Positions 25,101 to 38,245 of a DNA stretch of 64,000 nt are shown here, piece after piece. The stretch is from positions 310,001 through 374,000 of the forward strand of contig AP026141.1 of assembly GCA_030295235.1 (NCBI GenBank), read 5' to 3'. Source of the DNA: Fistulifera solaris. Taxonomy: Eukaryota. The notes beneath the pieces were generated by a model. It ran no database searches. It had not been told where the DNA came from and saw nothing but the letters and a program-made list of their open reading frames with translations. The position numbers were made by a program, and so were the translations under genes. Numbering within the stretch: position 1 is the first letter of the stretch; the number at the start of each line of letters is the position of its first letter.

Positions 25101-26215
25101 GCGGCCAGTTCCTGAACCGGGTACGGAAACGATAGCGTTGCTTCACTCATCGGGGGTGGTGTGATCGCTCGATCCAAGGGTGTCACTTTCACAGAAGAGC
25201 CATCCACGACGAGAGCGGTACCCGGCCACGCCATCCTACTGGTACACCACTGGACCTGGTATTCCATCCATTGACCTCCCTGTAAAGCCACGAGCAAACG
25301 ACGAGGATTTTCGGGATGAAAGAGAGTTCGAGTGATCAACGATGGAGTGTGGATTTCGCGTTTGAGATACCAATGATAGTTACGGCGATGCCATAATTGT
25401 AGTTTGGACTCGAACACCACGGCCACGAGTTGGGAATCGGCATTCCAACACAGTTCGAGCACGGGACTGGTCCCGTCCGGCAATAGAAATTCTCCATGCC
25501 GCAGTCCATTGGGTTCAAAGAACGCAACCTGTACTTTGTTCCGTCCTTTCGTTTGCAAGGTCGCCAACAATTGCGAACACTGCATTCCGGCCCACGCCAG
25601 TGGTGCTGCCACCAAGCCGGTGACCAATTTGCCACTCCCATCTTCCGTCCGTCCCATTGCTTGAAAGGTGAGGTCCGATGTTTGATAGAACCGGATTTTC
25701 CGAGTCGTATCGTCGTCGCCGCGATCGACACTACTGACGGCACACAATGTCGCATCCGAAGGTCGGATCGCCACATAGACCGAAAAGGCGGGATCGTGCG
25801 GTTGTTCCAAATCCACTTCGGCCAAGACGTGCCATTCGGAATTCATTGTTAATAGGACGGTTCGATCGTCTTCGGTAGTTGTGACCAACACGAGCAATTC
25901 ACCATCCCACGCCGCCGCGCATATTCCGTATTCGAATTCTCCCACCAATTCTCCGCCCGCTGGATTGAGAGCGACGACGGCACCACTTCGACTCAGACAG
26001 ACATAACTGTCCTCTGCAGTCAACACCCGAAACCAATCGTGGTGCGGTGGAGTGACCAAATTTCCGACATCGCCTCGTAACTGACGGTCCGCGTCGTAGA
26101 GATGGCCATCGGCCGTCAAGACAACGACACCGTCCGATGTGTCGCACAAATCGACAATCTCCGCATCCGATGGGATTGAAAAACGTTGTTCTCCTTGTAT
26201 TACGAGATTTTGCAT
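22190..26215 (-). CDS. ELP1: Elongator complex protein 1 (IKI3)
   Basis: VAFFEPNGLRHGEF, RNYHWYLK, RDVERGA, LQMPRGNLEAIYPR, ALGLYD..ARNSQMDPKVYLP and a basic C-terminal stretch. Three slips near 24505, 23967 and 23165. Confidence 0.92.
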
Positions 26216-26845
26216 GATATGGTCGAAGGAAATGATGGAAGCAAAGGAATGAATGGATTTTGAGTTTTTTATTCTTTATTTCCGATGCACTTTTTTCGTC
26301 GCCGTGATGGATGGACGCGGTGAAGGTGCAGCATCTACGCTAGAGTTGAGGCTCACTGGTTTCCTCCCTAAACTTCTCCGTGTCGCAGGACGTTCCATTG
26401 ACAGTCACTTTTGCAGTGGGGCTTTACAAGGACGGTTTCACTATCTAACTCTTGACTATGGCTCAACCGAGTATCCTTAGTACTCATTGAGTTTATAGAA
26501 TCTTTCCGATATGCCTTCCTGGCGCAATACTTAGCTTAAGTAACCTAATTACCAACATAGGTAACAAAATTAGATACACGAAGAACGCCTAACTATCCCT
26601 GTAGTAGGGAATTTTTGGGAAACAAAGACACGGCAATCGTACTGTAAACTAACGAGTCGTATAGAGCTTGTTTTGAAAAATTCATTGTCTTCCATTGAAC
26701 GTCGATCCGTCCGATGCGGTGAAATTTTGGTGCACTTCGTCATCCTTCTTGCTGCTCATCTTTTGTTCCGAGTACTTTACCTTTGGGTGGACCGGATATT
26801 GTAGATTGTAACGAGCATTAAAGAGGATCAATCCATTTCAAAAGA

Positions 26846-28228
26846 ATGAAGAATCAGGCCGAACGGTCGTCACTGGTCGCGGGCCGCTTTTGGTTGTATT
26901 GCTTTGCGATTACCATTACCGTGGCCATGTTCACGGGGCATTATCTCTTGTCGAATTATCGCTTGCAACCGGTAGGGATCCTGTTGGAAGATAGTACGGC
27001 CGAAGAAGCGCCGGTTGTAGTCGAAGAAGCTCCAGAAGCAGCATTACCGGAAGACGCGGAAGTCGCCATTGCAACGCCACCCGCAAAGCCACTCCTCGTA
27101 TTGCACGTCGGACCCGGAAAAACGGCTACCACCACCTTGCAAGTCGATTTGACAAGACCCTCCTATGAGGCGTGTTTGGCGGAAGATGATTATCTGTACG
27201 GAGGACGCTTTTATCTGAAACCATCACAAAATTCGGACGGAAAATGGATGGAAGGACCGGAATCGTTCTCGCCGCCACTGGAGACCTTGCGCGATATCTT
27301 GATACCGGCCAAGGCTCGGAATACCGTTTCGGAATGCAGTCCGACTCGTCCCAAGTGTTGGAAAGCCTTGCAACAACAGATTGACGACTCTGCCGGGGAT
27401 CATCACATTATACTGTCGGATGAACCGTTGGCGCTCCGGTGGACACCAGAGAATGCTAAACTGATGAAAGATGCCTTTCGGGACGTACGGGATATTCTGG
27501 TAGTCATTGGTTATCGAAGGTTCTTTGATTGGTTGCCATCGAGTATCTTTCAACGCAATCGGAAGCGCCTCGTGGATAAACATTGGCCCAGTCGAGGAGA
27601 ACTTGCCATGTTGGATCCACTGTGGCCACTTTTGGGGACATCGGCCGAAGCCTGGAAGGAGCGGCATTATACATTTACCGATTCCTTGGTTCAAGCTACA
27701 CAAGCGGCATCTTTGCCGCATCGCATTCTCAATATGCACGATCCAACAATGACAGTTTCGAGCCAATTCTTTTGTCAAGTACTACCGAGTGCCTCGAGTT
27801 GTTGTCAGCTCGCCGCGAATGCCACTTCTTCCACAATTATGAACATGCGAACCGAAGAACAAGTGCATCAATTGTATTTTGATACCATCACGACGGCGGC
27901 GGCCGCCAAAGGCTGGATCCACAAATCCAAATACAGTCGTCCGCAAATCCGAGAAGCCTTGAAAGAATATTATCACGCTCGTCCATTGAAACAGTGGTCC
28001 TTGTATTGTCCCACGGAACAACAATTGCAACTGCTCTATGATCAATCCTGGCGCATGGAACAAGAACTCATTATTGGGCCGACGGTAGATCCCGAATTTC
28101 GGTATCATTTAGAAGAAGAACATCGTTCCTCCTTTGAAGGCCGCGTGCGGGAGGGCGCTTTTGTCAACTCGATCTCAAGGCGTCTCTCGAAACCTTTCGT
28201 GACTTTTTTTCGCAAATATTCCAAATGA
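26846..28228 (+). CDS. Type II membrane protein with sulfotransferase-like P-loop
   Basis: N-terminal TM segment; LHVGPGKTATTTLQ, IILSDE, VVIGYRRFFDWLPS. Confidence 0.65.
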   Translation: MKNQAERSSLVAGRFWLYCFAITITVAMFTGHYLLSNYRLQPVGILLEDSTAEEAPVVVEEAPEAALPEDAEVAIATPPAKPLLVLHVGPGKTATTTLQVDLTRPSYEACLAEDDYLYGGRFYLKPSQNSDGKWMEGPESFSPPLETLRDILIPAKARNTVSECSPTRPKCWKALQQQIDDSAGDHHIILSDEPLALRWTPENAKLMKDAFRDVRDILVVIGYRRFFDWLPSSIFQRNRKRLVDKHWPSRGELAMLDPLWPLLGTSAEAWKERHYTFTDSLVQATQAASLPHRILNMHDPTMTVSSQFFCQVLPSASSCCQLAANATSSTIMNMRTEEQVHQLYFDTITTAAAAKGWIHKSKYSRPQIREALKEYYHARPLKQWSLYCPTEQQLQLLYDQSWRMEQELIIGPTVDPEFRYHLEEEHRSSFEGRVREGAFVNSISRRLSKPFVTFFRKYSK

Positions 28229-28496
28229 GCGCTTGTATATATATACCGCTGGTTGTTATCCTTTATTTTGTTAAATGTTTTTATTAGAATTGCATATTTA
28301 TGTCTTGTTGACTGTCGAGATAGACTTTGAGACAACTAGATTAAAGTAATTATACTATTTTATTGACAACCCCTACGGAACGATTTTTCGAACATAACAA
28401 GAAGATCAAGCTACTGCATACGACAAAGATCACGATGGTAAAATTCGTTCATTCTGTGATTCCTCTATGAAAAACTTATTATCGAAAGGTGACTTA

Positions 28497-29282
28497 TTAT
28501 AACCAGCGTCCAAAATCAAGGGGGTTCGAGTTGACCGAGGCTAAAATCTGCTCCAACGAAATATGAGGGACGGGAGGAGCGTGGAGCTGTTGCAACAAGA
28601 GACGTCGCAATGCCACCTTTCGTTCAATCTCGTGTTTCAACAATAGATTCGCCGCATCCGAGTACGCCTGCAGTTCACTGAGCGCACTCAAATGCAGATT
28701 ATTGTTGGCGATATTGTTGGTCGGCACGGGAGAACCCAATTGCGCCAATCCACTCGCCGCGGCCTCCAAATCCAGTCGCATGCGTTTCTTGATCGGTGCG
28801 GGAGAATTTTCGCGAGAAGATTCCGCGGAGGAATATTCACGACGTTTGCTGTCACGCATCACTTCGTAATACGGCAACACGTCCGGAGTTCGTTCGCGCA
28901 AACACTGCGAGGCCTTCTCTTGCGCTTTCTTGTCACACACTTCAATCCAGTCCAATTTGCTTTCATCCGCGCGTTGCAAAAATCGTCCCGGTGGATCCAG
29001 TTGCTTCCACATGTGCACCAATTCCCGAGCGACCTTGGGTTTGTCGACTTTCGAGGAAGCCAAATAACGCATTTTGTGTTGGTTCACGAGCTTGCGGAAC
29101 TGAATGTTCCCCACGTGATTGTACGTTCCCAAACCGCGTCCCAAAATCACGTCATGTTCTCCGAGCGGACGCGTTCCGTTCAATACGCGGCCTTCGACCA
29201 AGAAACCACGACGGCTTTGCGATTTCATTCCGGCGTCGTCTTGCGGTGCTTGAGAAGACAGGATAGTGTTGGAATCGAGCAT
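28497..29282 (-). CDS. DUF6824-type domain protein A
   Basis: HDVILGRG..NHVGNIQFRKLV..PPGRFL..KAQEKASQCLRE. Confidence 0.8.
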   Translation of the reverse strand: MLDSNTILSSQAPQDDAGMKSQSRRGFLVEGRVLNGTRPLGEHDVILGRGLGTYNHVGNIQFRKLVNQHKMRYLASSKVDKPKVARELVHMWKQLDPPGRFLQRADESKLDWIEVCDKKAQEKASQCLRERTPDVLPYYEVMRDSKRREYSSAESSRENSPAPIKKRMRLDLEAAASGLAQLGSPVPTNNIANNNLHLSALSELQAYSDAANLLLKHEIERKVALRRLLLQQLHAPPVPHISLEQILASVNSNPLDFGRWL

Positions 29283-31271
29283 GTTTTGAAACCAAACGCC
29301 AAAGAGAAAACGGCTGCCAAAATGTAAGATCCGTTCGTTGAAAAAGCGGCGGTGATTGCTATCAAAAGGCCTTTTTGCGAACCCGCCATCCGAGCGAACG
29401 TCACCTCGCCGCCAACGGATTCACGCATCCGCTACTGACATTACTACTGACAACAACGCCCAGTCCTTCCGATGAGGGAATCCAAATTACTTCAATCGTT
29501 AAAGTAGTTAGACACGTTTTAGTACCAGACCCACATAAGACACACACGATTTACGATTCGACATGGCGACCTTAAACCGAATGACTACTTCTTGTATGAT
29601 ACCACAATCATCCCCATTTGAACTTTTAATTATTTATGTCTCTATGTACTTTATGCAAATCGTGAATCGTACGTACAACGTACATTCCTCAATGAAGAAA
29701 ATTTGAACAACAGAAAACAGAACAACGCGAAGAAGATATACTTTTCACTAATACTAAGATACTAACTACAGTTTCGAAATTCGAAATTCGAAATTCGAAA
29801 TGCAGAAGAGAACCGCTGTCGCTGAGCGCTGAGTAAATTTTTGTGGACTTTAAGACTCGATACGTAATGTACAACTGTTTCAAGTTTCAAAAGGATTCAC
29901 TACCTTGCCACTTGCCACTACGGCTCGGTGTCGCGTGCGTTGAACCCCGAGTGCCCGAGGCCCGAGGCCCGAGGTGTGTCGTCCAAAATCCAAAATCCGA
30001 ACAATCCAAATTTGAATCACTTGTTGCTTGTTGCTTTTGTTTTTGGAACGTAATTCCTGGCGCCGGGCGCCGGCCTTATTGCTACGTATGTCGGAATCGC
30101 GGATGGCGGATTGCGGAGAGCTTGGAGGTTATTGTATAGAGCGTTCCAGTAGAACTCCTTCTCGCATCGTTCCAGGAGCTACGACTACGAACGTACGAAG
30201 TACGAAGCAAGAATCAGATGAGTCGGTGACGTTGTATGTCGCTGCCACGGTCCATGTCGAACACTCGTCTTTGTACTGTCGTTGACCAGAGAAGCGGAAA
30301 AGCTTCTTCTGTGCCAGGTGACCTGTGCAACAGGCTCTTTTTTTCTCCGTGCGCGATTCAATCGGGATACAGGACTGAAACCCCTTTGCTATTCAGAACC
30401 TTATTGTAAAAAGCGCTGGGACGGAACAAGGACGGAACGTCAGACGAAAATGAAAACATAACACTAAGATTAGGATTAAAAACAAGGCTCTCGACCCCTC
30501 GCTTCGAATCTAGCTAGAGGTAATGCAATTTGAGTTTGGTTCTTCACTTATCGAGGACTAATCATCATTTACGATCTACCAAGAAAGAAGACGCATGTAA
30601 GCACGGATGTAAGGGCATTGATAAGCCGAACTATGATATAGATCGCCTTTTACCTCTAGCACCATCGACGCGTTTTCTTTTTACATTATAATCGTTCTCG
30701 TATTCATAGGCTCGTAGGAACAAAATAGAAAGGAAGCACAGTAACTCTCTAGTAGTCAGATTTGAAAAATAAATTTACCATTCCCGACAGCGCACTAAAG
30801 AAGAGATCATGGGTCGCCCCCCTTAGTTTATTCGCGGCAGCGCATCTTTCGCCTCTCCGTTGTACAGGCTATGCCACAGTACAATGTCCGAAGTCCCTCC
30901 GCTTAACGCAAACCAACGCCCAACGAAACACCGTGGCCGAAAAGTCCACCGCACCGGAACTCGACTATGATTGAAGTAGTAGGATGAGAAATCGACGCGG
31001 ATTTTGGGTACTTTTGCGTGAGAGCTTTCTCTTTGCAGATTTTCCATCCGAGAGAATGACCGTCGTTTCTGTGCGACCAAAACCATGTTGTTGACAAGAA
31101 ACGAACGAGCACCTGGATAATAACAATCAATAGTATTATCATTCATCTCCTTCGTTCCTCTTTCTCTCCTTCTATAATCTCCTCAAGAAAAGGCGACTTT
31201 CTCCTTGCGGTTAGAGAAAGGAGAGCCTGTACATGTCCGTGCAAATTGACGTTGCCAACTCGCAACGAAAG

Positions 31272-33199
31272 ATGAGCCGCCCATTGTCTCCGGAAGCGGA
31301 TTTATCGAACAATTCCGAAGACGAACTCGATTTGCACGGAGAGGCCATTGTTGCTCCTACATCTCATGATGTATTGCTCGGGAGGTACGTCGCGAGTGAA
31401 TGAAGCAAGAAGGAAACAAAACGACAAATTTGGACGCCTTCTTTTCCCCAATTGCACTTCAACAATTACTCACCCTGTATTTCTTCGCACCCTCCCTTCT
31501 TTCTCACTTTAATAACCCGTATCTTTCTCTCTTTATTCATTCACTAACTTCTTTACAGAGGCGGTGGAACCAACAATCACAGCGGCAACATTAAATTCCG
31601 TCAACTCGTTAACGAACACAAGATCCGGTATTTGGCCTGCAGTAAAGTCGATAAACCCAAAGTCGCCCGCGATGTCGTCGAATTGTGGAAGAAAATGACA
31701 CCACCGGGTCGATTCTTGGCCCGAGAAACAAAAAAGGGGTCGTCGATGAAAGCGCCCGACAATGTATGGTACGAAGTCGCCGATAAGAAGGCTCGAGAAA
31801 AGGCTTCGCAATGCTTACGAGAACGGACACCGGATGTGTTGCCGTATATCAAGCAACTGCGGGAACAGCAAGATGCGATTACGGAAAAGGGGGTTTCTAT
31901 GGTGCAGCATCAACTGCAGATGCAGCAACAACGACAAGAGCAGTATCCGGTGCAGATGGTGGGTTCCATGGGGAAATGGTGATGATGCAGCAGCTGCCCC
32001 AGCAGCAGTATTCCATGGACGGCATGACAGCCGTGCGACGGACCTCCTTGCCGGAACCGCAGCACCAGCAATCGCTGGCCATGGTAACTCCCAGCCCGAC
32101 TGGCTACTTGCAACAGCGTTCCGTGTCGATCGGACCGCCGTTGCAACAGCAACGTTCCATGTCCTTGGGACACGGAATACCATCTTCCAATGGTGCCACC
32201 GTTTATTTGAGTAACAACGGAGCTATACAACAGATGCCACCCGGTCGTTATCATGTTGTACAAAACGGGGAAGTGACCCCACAAACGGTCGTTTCTCAAG
32301 AATATCATCATCCACAAATGATGCCAGGACAACAAACCCATTTCGTGATACAGTCCGCGCCACCATCCCAGCAACAAGTCCTTTCGATGCAACAGATGCC
32401 CTTTCAACAACCGCAAATGATGGCGCGGATGTCGCAGCCGATGATGCCACAGCAAATGCAGCAACCCCAAATGCCACCACCATCTCAAATGATGATGACA
32501 TCCCAAATGCCGGGACAAATACTTCCCGGACAACAAAACGCGGTGACCGCCAATTCCTTATTTGCAGAAGAACCGGAACCGTATTCGGTACAAAGTGATC
32601 CTTTGTTCTCCATGCACATCGCGACGCCCAGTCGCCAGAAGGGTCCGGAAAAAACGACGGAAGAAACGAAAACGAAAGAATCACGAAGGAAAGGGAAGAG
32701 TCCTCCTTCTACCAAGACGGCATTGAAGTCCGAACGCCGCGCCCCCGATCGCACCGCCACCGCCGCTTCCCTCATGTCGATTGGGACCGATATCGATGCG
32801 GGTGGCGAACTGACCATTGAAGAATACCGCAAACAGTTGCAGCAGTATTTGGAAAACAATAATAATAATCAAGCGAATGACGACGATGACAACAATTCGG
32901 ATCTTGAAGATGATTGGGAAAAAGAACGGGAAAAGAATTTGCGGGAATCGCGGGGCGTCGGACGGAACGTGTCGGGCATGTCGTTTGTTTCCTCGAAAAC
33001 GGCCAAGAGTGGACAATCGATGGTGTCGGGGATTTCCAGTGGGATCTTTTCGACGGACCTTTCGGCCGACATGAGCGATGACAAGAATAAAGGAAATAGT
33101 TTGAACAATTCGAATCGATCCTTGTGCAGCAATCTGTCGCTGATGTCGGAATTGACGGATCTTTCGGAAAATATTGACAATTTGACACTGGATGATTGA
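31272..33199 (+). CDS. DUF6824-type domain protein B with Q/M/P-rich low-complexity region
   Basis: HDVLLGR|GGGTNNHSGNIKFRQLV..PPGRFL..KAREKASQCLRE. Intron near 31386-31558; slip near 31972. Confidence 0.8.
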
Positions 33200-33516
33200 G
33201 TTGTTTTGTTATTTGGAGGCTCTTTTATATGATTTGAATCAATTAGACACATCTTATTTTGATTTGGTTAAGTCTTTGTAAGAATGAATAGCGTCGCACT
33301 ATATTCAAAGCGTTCGTAGAAATCCTAGGCCTAACATAGCTAGCACGAGGACGGTCGACGGACGTGTCATTTTTATTGGCTTCTCGCTTCTCGCGCCGCC
33401 GTCCACGAGTCACGTTTGCACCGCATTATTGCTTGGCTGCATTGCATTGCATTGCATTGCAATACAGAGGAAGTCGTTTCCTTCACACAGCGCCCTGCTC
33501 TTCCTCTTATTGTATC

Positions 33517-35614
33517 ATGTCATTAACCACACGTCTTTTTTGTACTGGTCGCACCGGCCGTCCTTCCACCGGCGGATGCGGTCGACCGTGAATTTTATGA
33601 GATTTTGGGTCTACCGCGTCAAGCTACTTTGGAAGAAATTAAAAAAGCCTATCGACAGAAATCACTCGCATTGCATCCCGACAAAGTCGCCCAACGGCGC
33701 GACACGAATGCAGCCGCGGCCGCGGCGGAATATGAGCTCGTGCAAGAAGCGTACGCGGCGCTCCACGAGCATCGACCACTTTATCATGCCGTGCAGTGTT
33801 CCGTCGCACGGTATCGATTCTTCCAATCGGGGGCGTCGCACAATCCCGCCGCCTTGTACGAACAGTTGACGCAAGCGTCGTGTTGGAATCGGACCAAATT
33901 GGTGATGGTAGCGGTGTTATTTGGCTTCCTGCTGTTGTTGCAACCCATTTTAGTGGCGGCCAAAGTCAATGCGGTAGTCCGTCACGAAAATAATAAGCAA
34001 GACGAGGATCCCATTTTGGATGTGTCGTGGATGGTCTTGTTGATTCCGTGGTGGTTATTGAATGCAATCTATTGGCTCCTGATGGTCGCACTGTTGGTTT
34101 TGGAAAGCACCAAAGCCCTAGCGGCCGTCATCGGACAAACGTGTTGGATCGTGGGATGCATCTTACTGGCGTTGGCCTGGGATGATCCACCCACGAATAA
34201 CTGGCACAAAGTGGCGATTCCATTTTATTTGTGGCAAATTACTCACATTGTGACGGCTGTCTTTGACATTCGTGATATCCGAACGGACAATGATCGAATG
34301 ATTTCACCGGAGCAGTTACAAGAAGTGGCGGGCACTGACGCGACGGAAGAGGATTTGATGGAATTGGCGCAAGACTATATTGTTGTTACGGTCGATCATG
34401 CTGAAGTGGCGGCGGCCATTCATCTAATTAATACGACCAGCGAAGAATCCTTGACGAATGCCGAAATTGAAGAATTGAAGATTCACATGTCACCCGAGTA
34501 CCAAAGGAACGAACAAATCATTCAATATCATACGGAGCAGATCGCCAAACATTGTTTGGTCGACTTGCCCTTCATTGCGCTCGTAGCGAGTCAATTGGAT
34601 GGAAACATTGATACGTCCTGGTGGGTGGTCTTTTTGCCCCTTTTGATCTATTTGGGGGGCAAGTTGGTGCAGTCGTTTTGCACTTGTTGTTTCGCGTTGA
34701 GTCCGGATCCGGGGGTCATTTTGGTTGGTGATGATGAAGTTGCGAACCCAGAGGGTCCCGAAGACGAGAAGGCTAACGAGGACAAAGCCACAGCGGACGA
34801 TAATAACGAAAAAGCTGCTGCCAGTGCTTTGAACGACGGAACTATGCCCTCGCATCAAGATGCCCTGTCGAACGATCACGTAACGAATGGGGTCGCTACA
34901 TTGACGAAAACGGAAGAAAGCTTAGAAAAGATTGAGGATCTGCCAAAGAGCCTTGCCGAAGAAGAACCGTCCACGACATTCGCTGATGCATCCGGGGACA
35001 TTGAAGACTTTAACGTGCGAAGCGAGACACCAGCCGAGGGCGAGACCACGGCCGAGGAAAGCAAAGCGGATGGGCCGAAGATCGACGAGGAAACGTATCG
35101 CGCGTGGCAGTCGGCGTATGCGAGAGCCGAGGAAAGTGAACTGGAAAAGCAAGCCAAAGCACACTCGACATGTTGCCTTGTATCGTTTCAGCTCATTATG
35201 GTTTGTTTGGTGGTTGGCAAGTTAGACGAGGACTACGAAGCCGATGGCGACATTAGTTACAATTCATTTTGGATATTGTTCCCTATCTTCCTGATCGTTG
35301 GTCTGCTTCTGCTCTGCTTCTCATGCCTGATCTACGGCGCGGGGTCGGAAGGTGCCCACGCCGGTGGGGCTAAGCCAAACAATGTTGAAAGTGGAAATGC
35401 TGACACGAGTGGAAAGGAAGAAAACAAAAGCCCGACTATATTTGTACCTCCTCCGCCGCTTTCGGAAAACAGCACAGAAAACAAACGAGCCGATACTACA
35501 CTACATCCTGAGTCACTCGATAGCCAGGCAACTACGGATGAAACGACCAACGATGAGAACAAAACGAATCTTGGGGATGTAGAATCGAAAGAAGACATGA
35601 ACGATCTCGACTGA
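33517..35614 (+). CDS. DnaJ-domain multi-pass membrane protein (TMEM185-like repeats)
   Basis: FYEILGL..IKKAYRQKSLALHPDK J-domain; repeated SWMVLLIPWW, SWWVVFLPL and SFWILFPIF TM units. Slip near 33538. Confidence 0.75.
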
Positions 35615-36043
35615 TCGTTTTTGCTCCCGCCTGGATCCGCCGCTTTGTTTGATTGCCAATATTGCAACAAGAGGGCCTGTGCACATTGTACTTGCCGCTC
35701 ACGCGTACTGTTCGATCATCCTCTGATTGCTTCGCCACGACGAGCACAGGTCTTCTAAACCTTAGTATTTTCATTTGTATATTTCGCATGCCTTATTTGT
35801 CTAGAGCAAGAGACTCGCTAACTTGGTACTGTACGTTAGTCAAAGTAGCATGCGTAAGAATTCAAGCAAGTGAACTCGTGACAAAGTAATGTTGAATTAT
35901 CCAGTAGACAAGCTACACAGTTGCAAGCCTGGTCACGAATAATAATCGTGTCTATCTATAAGCTTAAAGAAGAAACGAGATGACCTGTATCTTTTGGAGC
36001 TATTCAAATGCAACTTCTTACAGAGAGATAACCTGGCCACCCC

Positions 36044-36708
36044 TTAGACAGTAGGGTATCCCAAAAAGGCGTTCAGAACGTAAGGCTCACCGGTCAAAGT
36101 TTCGTGAACCATGAGTCCCAAGATACCCATTTGAGCAGCACGTCCGTTGTTCAATTCGATAGCACGCTTCTCTAGCTTTTCTTCCTCCGAAGCATTCCAC
36201 TTGAACATACCGTTACGAAGATCACCAGGGAATTCCGCCTTACCCGCTCGATCTGTCATGATACCGACCTCCAACGCACCGACAATGGCGACTGTTACGG
36301 CCAAGCCGGCCGGAGGGATCGCCGTCAGTGCTTTCAGTCCCGACGGGTACTCTTCGCAGCCAGGGAAGCGGTATCCGGCCGTGGTGACCATGTGGCCGAC
36401 TATTGGGAAGAAACAAAATTGGATGAGGATCGATCGGCAAACAAGATTTGGAAAGTTCCTTCTTCAGGTTACTTACCAATAGCATTCATGGCAATGCGAC
36501 CATGCTTGATTTCAGCGTATCGAAGTTTGTTGAACTTTTCTTGATCCGCTTCATCCAAGAAACCCAACGGGTCCCAAAAGTCGAGGGGAGGCTGAACGCC
36601 AAGCTCGTTTTCGAAAGAAGCCGAAAGAGCAGACGCCTTAGTGGCTTGCTGAGCAGGAGCGAAGGCGGCAACGCCGGAAAGAGCAGCTAGGGCGGCAATG
36701 GTCTTCAT
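36044..36708 (-). CDS. Fucoxanthin-chlorophyll a/c binding protein (Lhcf-like)
   Basis: VAA-FAP leader, FWDPLG, LRYAEIKHGRIAM, ELNNGRAAQMG; one intron near 36476-36400. Confidence 0.95.
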
Positions 36709-37324
36709 GGTGGATCTTGGTTGAGAAAAAAGTGCGCATTCCATTATCACGGTATATCCATCGCGTGTTTTCTCGCTAAGGATACCCCTTCAACCAAGCA
36801 ATGAATAGTGGTACGACATAGTGATCAACAGGATTATGACTTATGACAACGGAGTACAAAGCGACGGATTTAGCTACTTGTAGCGGCATAGTCGTAATTC
36901 ACCTGGTATTCCAACTTTCAATCGTTTTTCCCAATTCCCGAATGAATAGGACCGAGGACCGAGGGTAACTTACAAGTTACAAGATAAACACTTCTAGCCT
37001 TCCAGCTTGGTCATCGATTAGTACTTTGTCTCCTCGGATGCAGTCAAGTTTGTCACAAGCATTACTGTCTACCAATTCGGCAGCTACATCATTCGAGATG
37101 GCAACCTAGATTGTTCTTTTTAAGCAAGTACGAATGCGATAAATCATTGCAAAGGGCTAATACACAACTGACCAAAAGAGCTTCAACTTAGAAACAGAAA
37201 TGCGTGCTGTATGAGATAACGTTGTCTTATGATGAGATGATCTCGTTCTATATAAACTATGGTACGACAGGAAGGCATTTAACGGCCCTTCCATTCTATG
37301 AAATTCTGTGTGGTATGTGTATGT

Positions 37325-38245
37325 TCAGGAGCATTGAGAGCTGGTAGCAACGGGCCATTTTCCGCCAAAACAACCAGATACTTCTTCGACTGTGCCGTCT
37401 CGGTAGGTCAGAGAAAAAGAAGTCGCCCCCGATTGTCCATCCAACTTGGTGCCCCAAGTGGCGCCATTGACCCGGCTCAAATTGTAGCGCTTTCCTCCCA
37501 GAGTCATGGAGACGGCTCGGACACCTTCGTGTCCACCGGCTACCAAAACTTTGGTGTAATACGCGTTGTCACCGGTCAGTACTACCACGGTGGGCGGTGT
37601 ATAAATGCAATCGACTCGTTTGAAGTAAACAGGAAAGATACCACCAACGGCGTTTCCCGTAATTTCCTCAAATACCTCCGGCTGGCAGTCAAAGCCCATA
37701 ATATCGCCATGGTTGATCACTTGGATGGTGGCTTTTCCGGCCCGGCCAACATTGGTGGCCTTTTCTCCCGTGTACGTTAATTCGTAGCAGCTGCCACAAT
37801 CGAGACCGTCTTGGAACATGGCGATCGGAACCGCACAGACTCGTGTGCCATTGAATGCGTACGGCTCTAACCAGCTACTGCCCTTGGCAATGGAGGGGTC
37901 CTGTGTCAGTTGACAAGAGCCTGGTGGTATGGCGTATCCGGGCGTCTGCCATCTTGTTAAGAGTCCTTTGGCTGAAGAGCAGAAGAATCATATGTCAGCG
38001 TCCAAAGTGCGCAGAAAGCTATGAAATGACCCGCGACCGAGAGACTTACTGGTACCAGCAGGAATACTGATTTCATCTTGTCCAGGGACGCTGTTGCCTG
38101 TATCGTTGTCGGAATTACTCGTATCGTCGTCGCGAGTGCTGGTCAACCCGCAGGCGCCTTGGAGCCATCGCTCCGCATGACATTGAGGCAAGCCGAACAG
38201 CAAGAAAGCCAAGGCTGCGTTTAAGAGTCGGTTTGTTCTCGTCAT
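37325..38245 (-). CDS. Secreted expansin-like protein (DPBB + CBM63-like)
   Basis: Signal peptide; intron 38049-37972 splices in frame. GSC, GLDCGSCYELT, GFDC..F..I, PVYFKRVDC and RVNGATW motifs. Confidence 0.75.

Noticed and set aside
22190..26215. Programmed frameshifting or pseudogenisation of ELP1
   Set aside because: No shared slippery motif or stop context; the same pattern occurs window-wide, consistent with sequencing indels.
29773..29800. Heat-shock element
   Set aside because: Period is 7; GAA/TTC spacing does not match the nGAAn 5-bp register.
33439..33461. (TGCAT)n tract upstream of the DnaJ gene
   Set aside because: Ordinary short microsatellite with no further support.
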